36,357 nucleotides of DNA, taken from the IMG/VR virus record IMGVR_UViG_3300033067_001192, positions 1-36,357 of that record; one strand, 5' to 3'. The position numbers and the translations under genes were made by a program. The notes below the pieces were generated by a model. The model ran no database searches, was not told the DNA's origin, and saw nothing but the letters and a program-made list of their open reading frames with translations. Shown here piece by piece: positions 17,951-27,004 of the stretch (the stretch's first letter is position 1; every line of letters starts with the position of its first letter). This DNA is from a virus (Duplodnaviria; Caudoviricetes).

Positions 17951-18465
17951 GATACGACAACTATGGTCAAGCTGTAGTAACAACACAGGATCTTTGCGAA
18001 TTGTTATATCGCAATCCTGATATTGACCTAAGTCGATTTTTAGTTGAAGATTGTGGACAATTTAACAGCAGTATCAAGTCTTTACACTACAAAATGCCGG
18101 CTCTGAAGGCATATGTGCCTGTTGCTGCTACAGAGACTGTAGAAGAATTTGATCACCGAAACCAATCAAATTGGCACATGCCCGACTCCTATAAGGAACT
18201 TGACATTGCCAAGTGGCTTCTAGAGTTATGCACTACTCAAGAAGAACTTCAACGTGTGGGTCAAGAACTGTTGTTATATCAAGAGCGTGGATTGTTTCCT
18301 ATGCTGCAATATTTAAAATATCTAGTTGATACCTTACGCCAGAATAATGTCGTTTGGGGAGTTGGACGAGGTAGTAGTGTTGCTAGTTACGTTCTATACC
18401 TATTAGGTATACATAAGATCAACAGCATCCGCTATGAATTAAGCATCGAAGAGTTCTTAAAATAA
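17947..18465 (+). CDS. DNA polymerase III alpha (DnaE)-like fragment
   Basis: RVGQELLLY...YLKYLVDTLRQNNVVWGVGRGSSVASYVLYLLGIHKI...YELSIEEFLK matches the DnaE GPGRGS region. Confidence 0.8.
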   Translation: MRYDNYGQAVVTTQDLCELLYRNPDIDLSRFLVEDCGQFNSSIKSLHYKMPALKAYVPVAATETVEEFDHRNQSNWHMPDSYKELDIAKWLLELCTTQEELQRVGQELLLYQERGLFPMLQYLKYLVDTLRQNNVVWGVGRGSSVASYVLYLLGIHKINSIRYELSIEEFLK

Positions 18466-18486
18466 ATATTACTCAAGGAGATACAC

Positions 18487-18840
18487 ATGAAAAAAGTATA
18501 CCGCACAGCCTTAGGAAAAACCATTGACATGGACAACCTAAGACTAGCCAATGAAGAAATTATTGCCATTGGCAATATGAAAGTAAATGCACGTGGGGAC
18601 GAACTTGGGCCCGGGGGGCAAATTGCCCGAACTAGAAATCAAGTCATGGACGAATATTATAAACTAAACACCCCAACAGTGTCGGACTCTAGTCCTAGTC
18701 TTGTCGAGGACAATCGTTCTACACGACAAATTTCATCCCCAACAATTGAAGATGATTATGTTGCACCTGCAGAACCAGTAAGCCCTGCAGAAGCAGCTAA
18801 GTTAAAAGGCAGTCTTGCTAATTCGTTCGCTAAGAAGTAA
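18487..18840 (+). CDS. Hypothetical phage protein
   Basis: AAGGAG RBS, AATAAATA upstream; YRTALGK.IDM..IGNMKVNARGDELG. Confidence 0.75.
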   Translation: MKKVYRTALGKTIDMDNLRLANEEIIAIGNMKVNARGDELGPGGQIARTRNQVMDEYYKLNTPTVSDSSPSLVEDNRSTRQISSPTIEDDYVAPAEPVSPAEAAKLKGSLANSFAKK

Positions 18841-18842
18841 TC

Positions 18843-19250
18843 ATGTCACTAAAAAACCCATTCGATCAACACACAAAATTCAAATTTAAATATGCAGTAA
18901 ACAGTTTAAAGCCTTTAGGCGATACTGTTATTGTATCCGAAATGGACTTTAGTGGCCGCCAATTAAGCAGCGGTATTGTCCTACTCGGCGACGATGGCAA
19001 GAGTTCGGGGATTCGATCACGCTGGGCAAAAGTGTTTGCTGTTGGGCCGGATCAAAAAGATGTCAAAGTAGGCGAATGGATCTGTGTTGCCCACGGACGC
19101 TGGAGTCGCGGCATTGAAATTGAAGATGAGAATGGGACTCATACCATTCGTAAAGTTGACACCAATGACATTTTGCTGTCTAGCGATCACAAGCCCGACG
19201 ACGACACTATTAGCGATGCAGTAGTCGTTAACAATAACACACGCGACTAA
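18843..19250 (+). CDS. groES: Co-chaperonin GroES-like protein
   Basis: LKPLGDTVIV...SSGIVL...AKVFAVGP...DVKVGE...DILL. Confidence 0.8.
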   Translation: MSLKNPFDQHTKFKFKYAVNSLKPLGDTVIVSEMDFSGRQLSSGIVLLGDDGKSSGIRSRWAKVFAVGPDQKDVKVGEWICVAHGRWSRGIEIEDENGTHTIRKVDTNDILLSSDHKPDDDTISDAVVVNNNTRD

Positions 19251-19496
19251 ATGGAACCTAAAACTAAAGAGGAAGCTAGGGCTTTCTTAAAAAGCATCGG
19301 TGCCCTTAAAAAGCATCGAGTTATCAAAGGCGCCGAGCGCAAACAAGTTGAAACTATGCTAGCGCTCTTACCCTACAAAGACAGCAACAATCAGCGATTC
19401 TGGTGCAGATCTTGGGTAGTAGGTAATATTACATATAATCACTATTCCGGTTCCGGTATGGATGATTTGGAAGAAGTTACAGAGGACGAAGAATGA
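19251..19496 (+). CDS. Hypothetical protein
   Basis: Abutting ORF in operon. Confidence 0.65.
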   Translation: MEPKTKEEARAFLKSIGALKKHRVIKGAERKQVETMLALLPYKDSNNQRFWCRSWVVGNITYNHYSGSGMDDLEEVTEDEE

Positions 19497-19777
19497 GCCA
19501 CGGTGGAAAGGGCGATACCCCTCGCCCATACAGTATCACACAAGAAGAGTTTGGTAATAATTACGAGACTACGTTTGGTAAAACAAAATCAGACAAAAAT
19601 TGCAACAATTGCTATAATTGCCTTAAGGACCAGCTAACAGAATCTGGGTGGCCAGTTACATCATCGCGAATGATTGTGTGCCCCTTTTGTGGAAACAAGC
19701 GGTGTCCGAAAGCAACAGATCATAAACTAGCCTGCACTCAGAGCAATGAGCCAGGACAACCAGGAAGCAGATATTAA
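19493..19777 (+). CDS. Small protein with Cys-rich putative Zn-binding domain
   Basis: GGKGDTPRP N-terminus; CNNCYNC...CPFCGNKRCPKATDH..C. Confidence 0.7.
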   Translation: MSHGGKGDTPRPYSITQEEFGNNYETTFGKTKSDKNCNNCYNCLKDQLTESGWPVTSSRMIVCPFCGNKRCPKATDHKLACTQSNEPGQPGSRY

Positions 19778-20700
19778 TGAAAGAACTTTGGACTGAAAAG
19801 TATAGACCTACTAATGTCGACGGCTATGTGTTCACCGACGTGGCCACAAAGGAGCAGGTCGAGGACTGGATTAAGCAAGGTAGTGTCCCCCACCTTTTAC
19901 TGTACGGCCCAGCTGGCACTGGCAAGACTACATTGGCTAAAATTTTAGTCAAGCAATTGGGCATCGATGACTACGACTTCTTGCAAGTTAACGCAAGTCG
20001 CGACAACGGTGTAGACTTTTTGAAGAGTAAAATTGAAGGATTTGTTAGCACAATGCCCTTTGGTGATCTCAAGATTGTGCTGCTAGATGAGGCCGATTAT
20101 TTGTCACATAACGCACAGGGTATCTTGCGTGGGCTAATGGAAACATACCAAAGTCAAGCTAGGTTTATTCTAACATGCAACTTGGCACACAAAATTATCC
20201 CTCCACTAAAGTCGCGGTGCTGCGAATTGCACATCAACAAAACTGATCAGACTGAGTTTACGACCCGTGTCGCTACAGTATTGGTAACTGAGGATATTCA
20301 ATTTGATTTAGACACCCTAGACAGCTACGTCAGAGCTACGTATCCTGATTTACGTAAGTGCCTAAACTTGTTGCAAGCCAACAGCAATACTGGTACATTG
20401 ACTACTCCCAAGGAAAGCGACAGTGGTACAGCCGACTACAAACTAGCCATGGTTGAGTTGTTTAAAAATGGCCAAATTCGAAAAGCCCGGGAACTGCTAT
20501 GCAGTCAAGCACGTCCAGAAGAAATGGAAGAAGTATTCCGATGGATGTACGACAATCTTGCACTATGGGGCAAAACTGATGAACAGCAAGATGAAGCTAT
20601 TCTCATTATCCGTAAAGGTCTAGTAAACCACAATAGTTGCGCAGATGCAGAAATCAATCTGTCTGCTACTATCACTGAATTAACTCAAATAGGAAATTAA
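19777..20700 (+). CDS. Sliding-clamp loader subunit (RFC small/T4 gp44-like AAA+)
   Basis: LWTEKYRP, GPAGTGKTT, NASRDNG, LDEADYL, SRC motif. Confidence 0.92.
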   Translation: MKELWTEKYRPTNVDGYVFTDVATKEQVEDWIKQGSVPHLLLYGPAGTGKTTLAKILVKQLGIDDYDFLQVNASRDNGVDFLKSKIEGFVSTMPFGDLKIVLLDEADYLSHNAQGILRGLMETYQSQARFILTCNLAHKIIPPLKSRCCELHINKTDQTEFTTRVATVLVTEDIQFDLDTLDSYVRATYPDLRKCLNLLQANSNTGTLTTPKESDSGTADYKLAMVELFKNGQIRKARELLCSQARPEEMEEVFRWMYDNLALWGKTDEQQDEAILIIRKGLVNHNSCADAEINLSATITELTQIGN

Positions 20701-21065
20701 TGCAAAAATCTGTATATCTTATCGCTTATTACAGCGTAAAACCCAAGAATTCTACGGTCAAAACAGCCAAAAAAGGCTGGATGTCTGAAGAAGGTAATGT
20801 AGCATACGATGAACAAATCACTGTAGCAAAAAAGCTAAAAACTAAGGACCTGCAAATGGCCAAAGTTATTCTTGATTTGTCTAACCGAACCGTTTATAGA
20901 AACAGTTGGGGAGATGAAAAGGGATTTGATGATTTGTTCGAACACTTTTATAGTGGTTATCAACGATATCTAGACCCTGTGATTGATCAGTTGGGGTACG
21001 AGATGGTAACAACCGCTCCCACTACACCGACTGCCTCTGCTGCGAGCACTATAACCTCCGAATGA
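20700..21065 (+). CDS. Hypothetical protein
   Basis: Overlapping stop/start with neighbours. Confidence 0.7.
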   Translation: MQKSVYLIAYYSVKPKNSTVKTAKKGWMSEEGNVAYDEQITVAKKLKTKDLQMAKVILDLSNRTVYRNSWGDEKGFDDLFEHFYSGYQRYLDPVIDQLGYEMVTTAPTTPTASAASTITSE

Positions 21066-22120
21066 CCCAAAGAAAAGTTGTTTGGTTATTGAACAGTAGA
21101 CTTGACGTTAGGCCCGGTAGTTTTCGGGACTATTACGCCAAAGTCTACTCGCCGTTTCAGTTTCCGGTCGATCGGTTTAATTTGTTACCCGACATTGATC
21201 CCGACCCGATACCGACTGCCAATATTGTACCTGATGCAGTATACAACCTAAATAACTTAACCACAGATTGGTATGACAGGTTCGTACACTTATGCGATAA
21301 AATGGCCGAGACTGTATACCAAACGTGCGGCAATAGAACTATTGTAGTCATGTACAGTGGGGGCATTGATAGCACAACCGTCTTGGTTGCGTTGATGCGC
21401 AATCCTAAATTCAAGCAATTTGTAAACAGCGGGCAGCTAAAAGTAGCTCTGAATAGTTCTAGCATTTACGAATATCCTGAATTCTTCTATCAGACCATTT
21501 TACCAACAGTTCCGCTAATTGCCACAGACTATAATACAATCATGGCAGACCATAACAACTTGGTTGTTTCTGGTGATGGCGGCGACTACGTGATTTGTAA
21601 TACAGATGTTCCTGTTTACGAATACAACGGTACCACTGACATATTTGATATGGACAAAAATATCATATACAATTATTTTGATCAGTGTGACCCTAGTGGA
21701 AAGTTTAGTAATATGGTGCGCGGTATATCACGTTCTGCACCATTTGAATTGTCCAGTGTTAGTCAGTTGTATTGGTGGTTAGGGCAATGCTTTACGCACC
21801 AGGGAGAAATGTGCTATCCGTTTGCGTGGTCAAAGGTTGATACATCGGAACTTGCTACGTTTAATCGATTGTTTAGATTTTTCCTGCATCCCGAGTTCAT
21901 GACGTTTAGCTTCGAATACATGAGTACCAATCCTGTGTATAAAAACCTATCGGACATGCGTAGATTTTACAAAAATTATATCATTGACTACACCGGGCAC
22001 GAGTACTACAGGAACAAAAATAAAGTCGGAAGTCAACGAGTGGTTGTGAGAAATTGGCACAAGTCTGCAATTTATGATGACTTTGGCTACGATAAATTAA
22101 CTAGTATTATATCAACATGA
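21062..22120 (+). CDS. PP-loop adenine nucleotide alpha-hydrolase (asparagine-synthetase-like) protein
   Basis: IVVMYSGGIDSTTVL and VVSGDGGD motifs; no glutaminase domain. Confidence 0.7.
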   Translation: MTQRKVVWLLNSRLDVRPGSFRDYYAKVYSPFQFPVDRFNLLPDIDPDPIPTANIVPDAVYNLNNLTTDWYDRFVHLCDKMAETVYQTCGNRTIVVMYSGGIDSTTVLVALMRNPKFKQFVNSGQLKVALNSSSIYEYPEFFYQTILPTVPLIATDYNTIMADHNNLVVSGDGGDYVICNTDVPVYEYNGTTDIFDMDKNIIYNYFDQCDPSGKFSNMVRGISRSAPFELSSVSQLYWWLGQCFTHQGEMCYPFAWSKVDTSELATFNRLFRFFLHPEFMTFSFEYMSTNPVYKNLSDMRRFYKNYIIDYTGHEYYRNKNKVGSQRVVVRNWHKSAIYDDFGYDKLTSIIST

Positions 22121-22749
22121 AATTTAACGGACCAATAGTACAAATTAGGATGCTAACGCATCAATTAACCGGACATGTTGTTTGGTACACTATGGACCTG
22201 GGCGCAGCCAATCCGGGAGCCAAATATGTTCCTACTTGCTGCCCGGATCTGGATTACTTAACGTATGTAGGACCTGCCCCGGTGCCAGCTGAGTTTAAAG
22301 ATGCTGTTAAACAGTATCGATTAGTTTATTCAATCTCGGATAGTAAATTCGAACAAGCCAATTTGGCACCCGAATTTGTAGATCATCTAAAACTTGAACG
22401 TGCCAAATGCTATGCTTTGTATCTAATAAACAATTCATGTCACTGGGTTATGGAGAAAAACGGGCTTGTAAATAATCTATGGTTTGACCCATTGTTAGAT
22501 TCTGATCAAGTTATCTCTATAATAGCAACTCAGCAAGGAATTTCTCATGTTAATGCAGAAAAGCTGTATGTATTTAAAAAAGAAGAATACAACAATGAGA
22601 TACGTAAATTAAAGTATGCTCAGTTAACGGCAGAATTGTCTATCATTAATGCACAAACAGTTGACCAAGTAGTAGAAATTTTCAAAACAACATCAATGTT
22701 ATTGGGAAGGTCTCGTGCCAGTGCGTTGGGCCTCATCGAGATACTATAA
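22117..22749 (+). CDS. Hypothetical protein
   Basis: ATGA overlap with the PP-loop gene. Confidence 0.7.
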   Translation: MKFNGPIVQIRMLTHQLTGHVVWYTMDLGAANPGAKYVPTCCPDLDYLTYVGPAPVPAEFKDAVKQYRLVYSISDSKFEQANLAPEFVDHLKLERAKCYALYLINNSCHWVMEKNGLVNNLWFDPLLDSDQVISIIATQQGISHVNAEKLYVFKKEEYNNEIRKLKYAQLTAELSIINAQTVDQVVEIFKTTSMLLGRSRASALGLIEIL

Positions 22750-22752
22750 ATA
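22745..22752 (+). promoter_or_regulatory. T4-like late promoter
   Basis: Exact TATAAATA, 4 nt before ATG 22757. Confidence 0.6.
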
Positions 22753-22756
22753 CACT

Positions 22757-23002
22757 ATGAACCCAATGTTCCAAAAGCTGTATAAGCACAAGAAACCTCG
22801 AGTAAGAGATCCGAATCTTCCTCCCCCGCCAACTCTACTAGGGCAAGTTAAGGAACTCAAGGATACACGAGAAATACTCGAGCAAACGGCAATGCAACTA
22901 CGTGTAATGGAACAACGAATAAGCCGTCTTGAAACTAAGAATCGATATTTAGAAAATTACGTAGATATTCTACGCAACACTATAAATCGACTTAACAAAT
23001 AG
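22757..23002 (+). CDS. Small coiled-coil protein
   Basis: MNPMFQKLY...PNLPPPPTLLG followed by heptad repeats. Confidence 0.65.
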   Translation: MNPMFQKLYKHKKPRVRDPNLPPPPTLLGQVKELKDTREILEQTAMQLRVMEQRISRLETKNRYLENYVDILRNTINRLNK

Positions 23003-23004
23003 CA

Positions 23005-23033
23005 TTGACAAATGGCTTATTTGAGTGTAAAAT
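23005..23033 (+). promoter_or_regulatory. Sigma70-like early promoter
   Basis: TTGACA-17 nt-TAAAAT. Confidence 0.8.
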
Positions 23034-23040
23034 AAGCCAT

Positions 23041-23187
23041 ATGCAAATACAGATCCCTAAAACTGAGCAGCGTACAAGAGCACATCGTGTTCTTTTTGAC
23101 CGCGATTTGCCTTTCCGTGGTCGTAAAGAAGCTCGCAAAGATCTGTACAAAAGGCGCAGCAAACATTCTAAACGTAACTGGGACTAA
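23041..23187 (+). CDS. Small basic ArfA-like (alternative ribosome rescue factor) peptide
   Basis: LFDRDLPFRGRKE.RKDLYKRRSKH resembles ArfA L.DPLFRQRVE..KKG..Y.RK.KH. Confidence 0.45.
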   Translation: MQIQIPKTEQRTRAHRVLFDRDLPFRGRKEARKDLYKRRSKHSKRNWD

Positions 23188-23436
23188 ATGGCGAAAGAAA
23201 TCCCCCAACACAAAGATTTATTAGATCAAACACTCAACGAAGGCGACTGTGTAGCTTACCCGTCTGCTAACACTTTGGTTATTGGCACTATTACTAAAGT
23301 CAATCCTAAAATGCTCAAAGTAACTGCTATTGGATCAAAAGGTTATTGGGCACGTGGTATCAATAAGTACCCCACTGATCTAGTTAAACTAGCAGGCGAG
23401 GAAGTCACAATGTATTTGCTCAAGAATGCAAAATGA
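23188..23436 (+). CDS. Hypothetical phage protein (SH3/KOW-like)
   Basis: DLLDQTLNEGDCVAY...IGTITKVNPKMLKV. Confidence 0.7.
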   Translation: MAKEIPQHKDLLDQTLNEGDCVAYPSANTLVIGTITKVNPKMLKVTAIGSKGYWARGINKYPTDLVKLAGEEVTMYLLKNAK

Positions 23437-23888
23437 AAAAAGTCTTCTACGAAAAAGTGGGCCGCAGGTATAAGCCAGTATACGAGTACGATCAGGTGCT
23501 TATGGATGCCTTTCCCAAAGGGACACATATTGTAATGTGCTATCCGGGCGGACAAAGTCGACGATACAGCATAGATCCTAACTATGCTGCACTAATTGCT
23601 GCGGGGCGTATTGCCGAAGATGTGATCAGTGCAGCAGTAGTTAAGGCTAGCGAAATGCGACCACACAACAAACCCATTACCGAGCAGCAAAAGGAGGCGT
23701 GGGATAATTTAAGCAAGGCATTTGGCAACGAGAAATACTATGTAGAAATACCTAGTGCAAGGGAAATTGCCGAAGCAGGCGTTCGCGCTCTACAAGAAGA
23801 AGCCTTCAAGCTTATGCAAAACGAATCTGTACGGCAGGCATACGAGCATTTTCAATTGGTATGTGAATTAACTAAGGAACATAAATGA
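23433..23888 (+). CDS. Hypothetical phage protein
   Basis: FYEKVGRRYKPV N-terminus; ATGA overlaps. Confidence 0.75.
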   Translation: MKKVFYEKVGRRYKPVYEYDQVLMDAFPKGTHIVMCYPGGQSRRYSIDPNYAALIAAGRIAEDVISAAVVKASEMRPHNKPITEQQKEAWDNLSKAFGNEKYYVEIPSAREIAEAGVRALQEEAFKLMQNESVRQAYEHFQLVCELTKEHK

Positions 23889-24469
23889 AAGACCGTGTAA
23901 TTTTAGTGGATGCGGACGGTGTGTTGTTAAACTGGGAATATGCATTTGACATCTGGATGGATCAGCATGGATTCAAGAAAGTGCCCGGCACCGAGTTTGA
24001 TTACAGCATCGGAAAACGGTACGGAATTGAGACTGATCAGGCTAAGAAACTGATCAAAATCTTTAATGAAAGCGCCGCAATTGGCTTTTTACCACCCTTG
24101 CGTGATGCCATGTACTACGTTAAGCGTTTGCACGAAGAACACGAATATGTGTTTCATTGTATCACTAGTCTGAGCCTGGATGCTAATGCAGGTAAACTTC
24201 GTGAAATGAATCTGCGGAAATTGTTTGGGGAGACTGTGTTTGAAAAAGTCATCTGCCTCGACACTGGCGCCGACAAAGATGATGCATTAGCGCCTTACAA
24301 GGATACTGGGTGTTTTTGGATCGAGGATAAATTAGAAAATGCTGTGTGCGGGCAAAATCTTGGACTTAGGGCTATCCTCGTAGAGCACGGACATAACATG
24401 TATGCCTACCGCGAGAATATCCCCAAGGTTAAGAATTGGAAAGAAATTTATTCAATCATCGTAAGTTAA
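23885..24469 (+). CDS. HAD-family 5'(3')-nucleotidase-like protein (T4 30.2-like)
   Basis: ILVDADGVLLNW, ITS, WIEDK motifs. Confidence 0.8.
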   Translation: MKDRVILVDADGVLLNWEYAFDIWMDQHGFKKVPGTEFDYSIGKRYGIETDQAKKLIKIFNESAAIGFLPPLRDAMYYVKRLHEEHEYVFHCITSLSLDANAGKLREMNLRKLFGETVFEKVICLDTGADKDDALAPYKDTGCFWIEDKLENAVCGQNLGLRAILVEHGHNMYAYRENIPKVKNWKEIYSIIVS

Positions 24470-25212
24470 ATTTCTCCATATAATCTTAGAACTTCAATTA
24501 CAGCAGGATGTCGATGGATGTCCTTGCCCCCAAATTCGACTCCAGCAATGTATTGACAATCGTGCGTGTAGTTGTCCACTAAACGCTGGAAATCGAGTAA
24601 TCCGTTATCGTTTTCCTTTCGATCTGCTTGGCGTGTGTCTCCGGTAACTACCATTCTGGAACCATCACCTAAACGTGTAAGCAACATCTTCATTTGTCCC
24701 GGTGTTGCATTTTGCATTTCGTCTGCAATAATCCAGGCCTTCTTAAATGTTCTTCCTCGCATATATGCTAGTGGAGATATCTCAATAGTTTGTTCGTCTA
24801 GCATTCTGGCAATGTCTTTGGGACTGTAATATTCCATCATAACATCCATGATAGGACGTGTCCACGGCTCCATTTTAGCGTTTAAATCACCGGGCAAGAA
24901 CCCGTGTTTTTCGTCATCGACCCCAACGGCCGGCCTTGTAATTACAATTTTGTTTACTTCTCCTGCTTTATAAGCTTTGATTGCAGCCATAACGGCCAGC
25001 ATAGTTTTACCAGTCCCTGCAGGACCCGTAGCAAAAACGATGGTGCGATTTGGATCTGTAAGTAGATCTATGTATTCCTCTTGTTTTAGACTTTTGGGTA
25101 TCAGTTTTACTGCTTTTTTGTAGTTATTACTAAAAGAATTGAAACGAATAGTGTTGGTATCTTCACTAACTTCGGGCTGTTGAGCGTATGCTCGGTTTCT
25201 GCGTTTTGACAA
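24466..25212 (-). CDS. phoH: PhoH-family ATPase
   Basis: GPAGTGKT, ITRPAV, GFLPGDL, PLAYMRGRTF, DEMQN, TRLG, GD..QAD, RHP; TTG start with GGAG RBS. Confidence 0.93.
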   Translation of the reverse strand: MSKRRNRAYAQQPEVSEDTNTIRFNSFSNNYKKAVKLIPKSLKQEEYIDLLTDPNRTIVFATGPAGTGKTMLAVMAAIKAYKAGEVNKIVITRPAVGVDDEKHGFLPGDLNAKMEPWTRPIMDVMMEYYSPKDIARMLDEQTIEISPLAYMRGRTFKKAWIIADEMQNATPGQMKMLLTRLGDGSRMVVTGDTRQADRKENDNGLLDFQRLVDNYTHDCQYIAGVEFGGKDIHRHPAVIEVLRLYGEI

Positions 25213-25423
25213 ATGTGTCTCCTGGGTGATGTGTACAAACTTAATATCGGATTACATTAAGTCCTTCCACAAAGTATTTAAAATACCGAATCCAAAAAAT
25301 CAACTAGCACATTAGTTTTTTTTAAACGGCATAAGTATTAAGCTGTGCTGGTCGTTGAAGAATATTGTAGTACCCTTTTGCTTTTTGTGCCATAAATAAC
25401 ATAAAGCATTTCGGATCACTACA

Positions 25424-26002
25424 ATGGCAACTATTAAAGACGTACTAGAAAACACTAAAGCTATCTATATGACAGATAGTGCGCTAACCAGTCTCATGGA
25501 TTTTGAGCGTGTCATTGACGAACTAGATGTTTACGTTTTTGAGAACTGGAAAAAGGGTGAATTAGTCGAGGGCCCAGTATACGAAAAGTACTTTGTGACT
25601 TGCACATTTATGTGGCCATATCGTTTAATGCCCGATCCACGCGGCGGAGAAAAGCTACTAGACTACGGATGCCGTGTACGATACAAAAAAGATAGACTAG
25701 AGTTTCCAGTTAAAGTCAAGAGTCCCGACGATTTTGAACCGGGTACTAAGATGCCTAAAATGGCATCAACTCCAATCTGGTTAGTAGAAATTACTATTCC
25801 TAAAAAACTCATGAAAGAAATCCACCAAGGCAGTGTGGAGTTAGAAAATGAGAAATTAGATATCGAAGACATTGAGCAAGCATACGAAACAGGTATGGAC
25901 GACGATGTATACAAAACAGAAGAAGGTCAAAATGGACAACCACCAGCAGCACAGCCACCGGGCGCCGCGCCCGCACCGGGCGCAGTCCCTCCAGTCGCGT
26001 AA
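25424..26002 (+). CDS. Conserved hypothetical phage protein
   Basis: DFERVIDELDVYVFENW..GELVEGP, MPDPRGG; CATAAATA late-type promoter at 25391. Confidence 0.8.
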   Translation: MATIKDVLENTKAIYMTDSALTSLMDFERVIDELDVYVFENWKKGELVEGPVYEKYFVTCTFMWPYRLMPDPRGGEKLLDYGCRVRYKKDRLEFPVKVKSPDDFEPGTKMPKMASTPIWLVEITIPKKLMKEIHQGSVELENEKLDIEDIEQAYETGMDDDVYKTEEGQNGQPPAAQPPGAAPAPGAVPPVA

Positions 26003-26546
26003 GTTAACTGAGGGGCTAGAGCAGGGAGACTTGGCTCGTTTAGTGCATACAGAAATGCACATTGACGAGTACAAGAGCAAAATGGGCAACGATGAAGAAA
26101 TGGTCGTGCTCAGCTTCAAAGTTGGCGGAAAAGATCCAGCCATTGATCTTGTTAACTTTATTGAAAAGGGCTACGATTGGATCTTAGACGCTGACACTAG
26201 TGCTGGCGAAATGGAAGATGGGGACTATATCGTATTCGTTGAATTTGAACGTACTCCTGCGGTGCCCAGTCAGATCATGGAAATATTGCAGGATATGGTG
26301 CATTTGACAGACAACCAAATTGACAGTTGGCGTGTGAGATATTACAAGGATTCAAAGGACCACGAGTTAAGTATTGACAGTCTAAAGTCTATGATACCCG
26401 CAAGTCCCAGCGACTACGCTCGCCGTGTTAGCAAAGATACAGAAATTCTAGACAAACTAAAAGCTCAAGCTGGTGTTAAGATTGACACAAAAGCACCAGA
26501 TAACAAGTATACAGAAAGTCTAAGGATCGCAGCAGGGATCTTGTAA
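25932..26546 (+). CDS. Conserved hypothetical phage protein
   Basis: HIDEYKSKMG, FIEKGYDWILDAD; nearest ATG with RBS (agaagg) is 25932, start uncertain. Confidence 0.7.
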   Translation: MDNHQQHSHRAPRPHRAQSLQSRKLTEGLEQGDLARLVHTEMHIDEYKSKMGNDEEMVVLSFKVGGKDPAIDLVNFIEKGYDWILDADTSAGEMEDGDYIVFVEFERTPAVPSQIMEILQDMVHLTDNQIDSWRVRYYKDSKDHELSIDSLKSMIPASPSDYARRVSKDTEILDKLKAQAGVKIDTKAPDNKYTESLRIAAGIL

Positions 26547-27004
26547 TGTTTATCTTACATCTGTTACCGGACGCATTTTTAGAATTTATTGTTAATGCCA
26601 TCCTATTAATAGGTGTACTAAGCACATTCGTTTCTTTTGTTATTCTCAACCAAGTGCTGAGATTCTTCCCGGCATTAGCAGCATATTACAGAATTGCACA
26701 GCTTGTAAGCATTACTATTCTGTTAGCCGGAGTTTATTTTAAAGGCGGGTATAGCACCGAAATGCTCTGGAGAGGGCGTGTTGAAGAAGCCGAATCCAAA
26801 GTTGCAAAAGCCGAAGCACAAGCCAAGCAAATTAATGACGAACTTGATGCCGAACGCAAAAAGAAAAACAAAGTTATCAAAGAGTACGCAGTTACTGTTA
26901 AGGAGCGTATCGTTGAAAAAGATCGAGTAATTAATGCCGATTGCCGTGTGGCACCGGATGCTGTGACTATTCTAAACGATTCAGCAAAAGGGCCCAAGAA
27001 ATGA
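26546..27004 (+). CDS. Inner-membrane spanin (Rz-like)
   Basis: N-terminal TM helices, periplasmic coiled coil, C-terminal Cys; precedes a lipoprotein gene. Confidence 0.7.
   Translation: MFILHLLPDAFLEFIVNAILLIGVLSTFVSFVILNQVLRFFPALAAYYRIAQLVSITILLAGVYFKGGYSTEMLWRGRVEEAESKVAKAEAQAKQINDELDAERKKKNKVIKEYAVTVKERIVEKDRVINADCRVAPDAVTILNDSAKGPKK

Noticed and set aside
23005-23040. TTG start at 23005 in the ORF track
   Set aside because: That TTG is the -35 box of a promoter; ATG 23041 is more plausible
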